Assembly: GCA_036172245.1 (NCBI GenBank)
Contig: JAYWIR010000025.1
Span: forward strand, 2,480,001 to 2,544,000
DNA from: Raillietiella orientalis
Lineage: Eukaryota
Direction: 5' to 3'
DNA: 64,000 nt
This document shows positions 61,100 through 64,000 of this stretch, in pieces. A program made the translations under genes and the position numbers. Each line of letters opens with the position of its first letter. Within the stretch, counting starts at the first letter, position 1. The notes below the pieces were generated by a model. It was not told the DNA's origin. It saw only the letters and a list, made by a program, of their open reading frames with translations, and searched no databases.

Positions 61100-64000
61100 C
61101 ACCAGCCAGGCTGAAGCAACCACCAGATGACTTCCGATTGAAAATCTCTCAGAATCCTGCCGAACGCACCTGTCGCCAATTGGAACGGATTCCTCTCGTT
61201 TGCCGGTGATTGTCGGCTGAGATCTTCCGGTCAGTAGCATCATGAGCCACACCTGTTTGGAATGAAGCTAAGCACTGCTCACCCCTATCACGACAGGCAT
61301 TGATGCAGATCGGATGTAGCAGCGCTTCTCAAATCCTGTTGAAGCAATTGAAGCAATGGTCTCGGCTGACGAAGAGCTGACGAGGAATGGGAGCGCTCAA
61401 AGATTCGAGCAGTTGCCAGGCATCATGCGGGAAACCAAGAGACCCGTTCCTCCCGGGAGCAGCCTGTGGGTTCTGGCGCTTTTTTGTGTTCGGAAGAATC
61501 AGATCGCAAGATGTGGGAAAAAGCGGTGCTTTCCAGAAACGACAAACTTCTCGGGGAGATACACGAAGGGGCCGAACCGAAGAACCCACAGTGACGTCTG
61601 GGAGTGCAAGGGGGTCTTGGGGAAACGCTGGAGTTGAGTGAAGCGGAGAAACAACCCTGTACCTCCTCTACATTATGCAGAGCCGGAAGTGCACAGCTTC
61701 TGTCTGGGAGCACAATCCACAAGCGTTTATCTTCTAGGGTTGGTGGTGAAGGCAGCGGAGTGGGTCCTGTGGAGACAACGCCTCCCGCAGGTGTCGGAGG
61801 TGGTGTCCTCTCGCCCTCCTCTCACTGCGGAGGAGATGCCGACAAATTCCGCTGCAGGGACAGCTTTGACCTGATCTGGTATCCAAGCAGCGGGTTCACC
61901 GCGCACACCCACTCGTGCATCCCCTTCTCGCAGACGGCCTGCAGCAGGTAGACGCACGTGGGTGTGACGATGCTGAATACGAAAGGCACCCGCCGCAGCA
62001 GCTCCTCGAAGACCTCGACGCGCGCCTGGGCCAGACTCATAACGTCCCTCTAGACGAGGTCGCGCTCTTCCCAGAAAAGCCTGCGCACCACCAGCCAGGG
62101 GCATACTCCGCGGCCTTCCATCATGAGGAAGGCGTAGCCCCTGTCCTCTGCTTACCACTCACAATGGAAAAAGAGTTTTCCCCGGTAAGGAAAGCCTCGG
62201 AGCTCCACATACCAAGAGGCCTCCCAAACGCCCTTGAATACTGCGAGATGCAAAAGTCCTTGCTGTGTTCGAGAGCCCTCAAATTGGCCATCATCCGGAA
62301 TTCGGCGCTGCTGTCTTGCTTCCTTCCCTACGTTGCCAGTTGACCATTCATTCTCCAAGGTGCAGCCAGCTGATCTGTCAGCGAACGTGAGCACCCCCTG
62401 TGCTCACATTTGCTGACGGAAATGACAGAAATCCTTCGGGGCTTCTCTGTTTTCTCTACTTTCCTTTCAGGGTTTTTTTTTTTTTGGTTCGCTAAGCATT
62501 CAAGAACCGTTCGCCTAGGGGCTCACGAAGCTCTTGACACTGTCCATGCCACCAGAGGTGTCAACTCGACAAGTTAGGGGTCATCCCGGACGGGGACCAC
62601 CCTATGAATCCAGGAAGGCTCCGGAGGGAAGGAGTCCGTTCTTATTCTTGAGAGAGAAACCCCGAAGGGAATCACCACTTCTTCGTTCTCTCCTGAAAGA
62701 CCATCCAGTTTGTGGGGTCGCTCCTCGTTCCTCTCCGAAGGGGGCCCCGGAAGGGATCCACTCCTGGAATTTCTTCTCCGGAGAGAACCCACAAGGGAAC
62801 CGCTCCTTGCATCCTCCTCCTCCGAAGAGAACCCCTAAGGGACGCTTTCCGATTTCTCTCTGAAGGGAGGTTCCCCGAAGGGAACAGAGAGCTTCCAGAC
62901 ACTCTGGAGAGGCAATCCCAATCCCACCGAGGGGGGTATCAACCAGCTCCATTGTCACAACCGTAGAGCAACCTCGATTGGACCGACCCCTTGATTCCCG
63001 GAATGACCCCGAAGGGTCAACTCCCGATCCTGGCCAGTCGATGGAGGCATCCAGCTTCCACCAGTGCCATCGCACCCGAGCCTACTGACCAACCAGCATC
63101 GTCCCACGGAAAGAGGGGGGAGGACTCGAAACCCACAACGCCCCATCCCGTTCTCGGCGTCGATCTTTTCCCCGGGTAGGAGTCGAAACTGCAACTCCTG
63201 GTGGCTCCATGGGAAGCCACACTGTCTCCAACGCAGACGACCACCGATACGACACGAGCGCCATCCGTCAAGACGAAAGAACACACGACGTACGCGGAAG
63301 AGAGTTTCTTGTCCTGTACGCGCAGAGAGCAACTAGCAGATGTCCAGTAGTTGAGATCACGGAACCTGAAGACGCGTTCCATGTCTTTGCCAACCGTGCG
63401 TGGAGGGACGGAAGCTCTCGTTACGGGAGAGCTATCCAGACGAAAAACCCGGATTCCGGCAGTTGACGCGGAGGAGATCAGCCGATCTAGAAGCTCAGCG
63501 GAGATCGATCTCTTGAGTTCTTGCTTCTGCCCTCGAACAGTCTACACGACGAGGAGCAGAGACTGAGAGCTTAAGCAGCTGAGAATTTCGAGTCCCTTGC
63601 AAAGCCGGGCATCGTCTCCTCTTCGAGACGGGGCTCATTCTGGTGAACGGTCGTCAAGAGAGGCTCACATGAAGCTGCGATCACTCCAGTAAGCAGTCAT
63701 CTCTAGATGAATCACCTGTCGCTTAGAGATTCAAGGAAGAGAGAGAGCAACCCGCCATCATCACGGGAACACCAGCGGAAGCACATCCACCTTGTGAGAT
63801 CACCGCCGAACGTTAGAGTGAATGGAGGCCCTTCACGTGTTGAACAGAGGAGTCCAGTCGTTTCTGTGCCTGTGACTCCCTACCTAGCTTGAGTCCAAAG
63901 GAAAAACACATGACGAGCTTGAAAAGAGGATCGACATCCTTTAAAGACTTCCAGAACGACACTTCCAGATCAATACTTCCAGGCAGAACAAACACAGCTT
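61100..64000 (-). mobile_element. degenerate LINE ORF2 interrupted by SINE copy 7
   Basis: SLSDR (SDH-like, ~63720), LPHDGRPR (~62120), PDQVKAV (LDQEKAF, ~61870), EEVQGCFS (VRQGC.LS, ~61655). Confidence 0.5.
62414..63230 (-). mobile_element. tRNA-headed SINE-like structured repeat, copy 7
   Basis: Reverse complement nearly identical to 58628-59300. 3' stem TCAAGAGC/GTTCTTGA, A-tract, tail ending TTTCTGTCA-TTTCCGTCA. Confidence 0.9.

Overview
Eukaryotic, repeat-saturated window in which I could recognise no intact protein-coding gene; nearly all listed ORFs are spurious GC-rich frames. Most of the window is a nested graveyard of decayed non-LTR retrotransposons on both strands, mainly L1/Tx1-like (CCHC ORF1; APE endonuclease-RT-C-terminal Cys/His motif) plus RTE-like relics. 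Five LINE 3' ends share a 5-bp stem / CU(G/U)CRW-loop hairpin with compensatory stem changes. An AT-rich island (~47.2-55.3 kb) holds an unprocessed, frameshifted copine pseudogene and weaker cadherin-like and MULE-like relics. The most notable element is a dispersed non-coding family with 7 copies of ~400-810 bp. Its architecture is a tRNA-like Pol III head, a second T-arm-like stem domain, a variable-number array of ~40-nt hairpins often capped by UUCG-like tetraloops, a long-range closing helix, and a covarying 3' stem-loop. It is a candidate SINE / structured Pol III RNA that I do not recognise. Relic boundaries are approximate and motif calls were made by eye.
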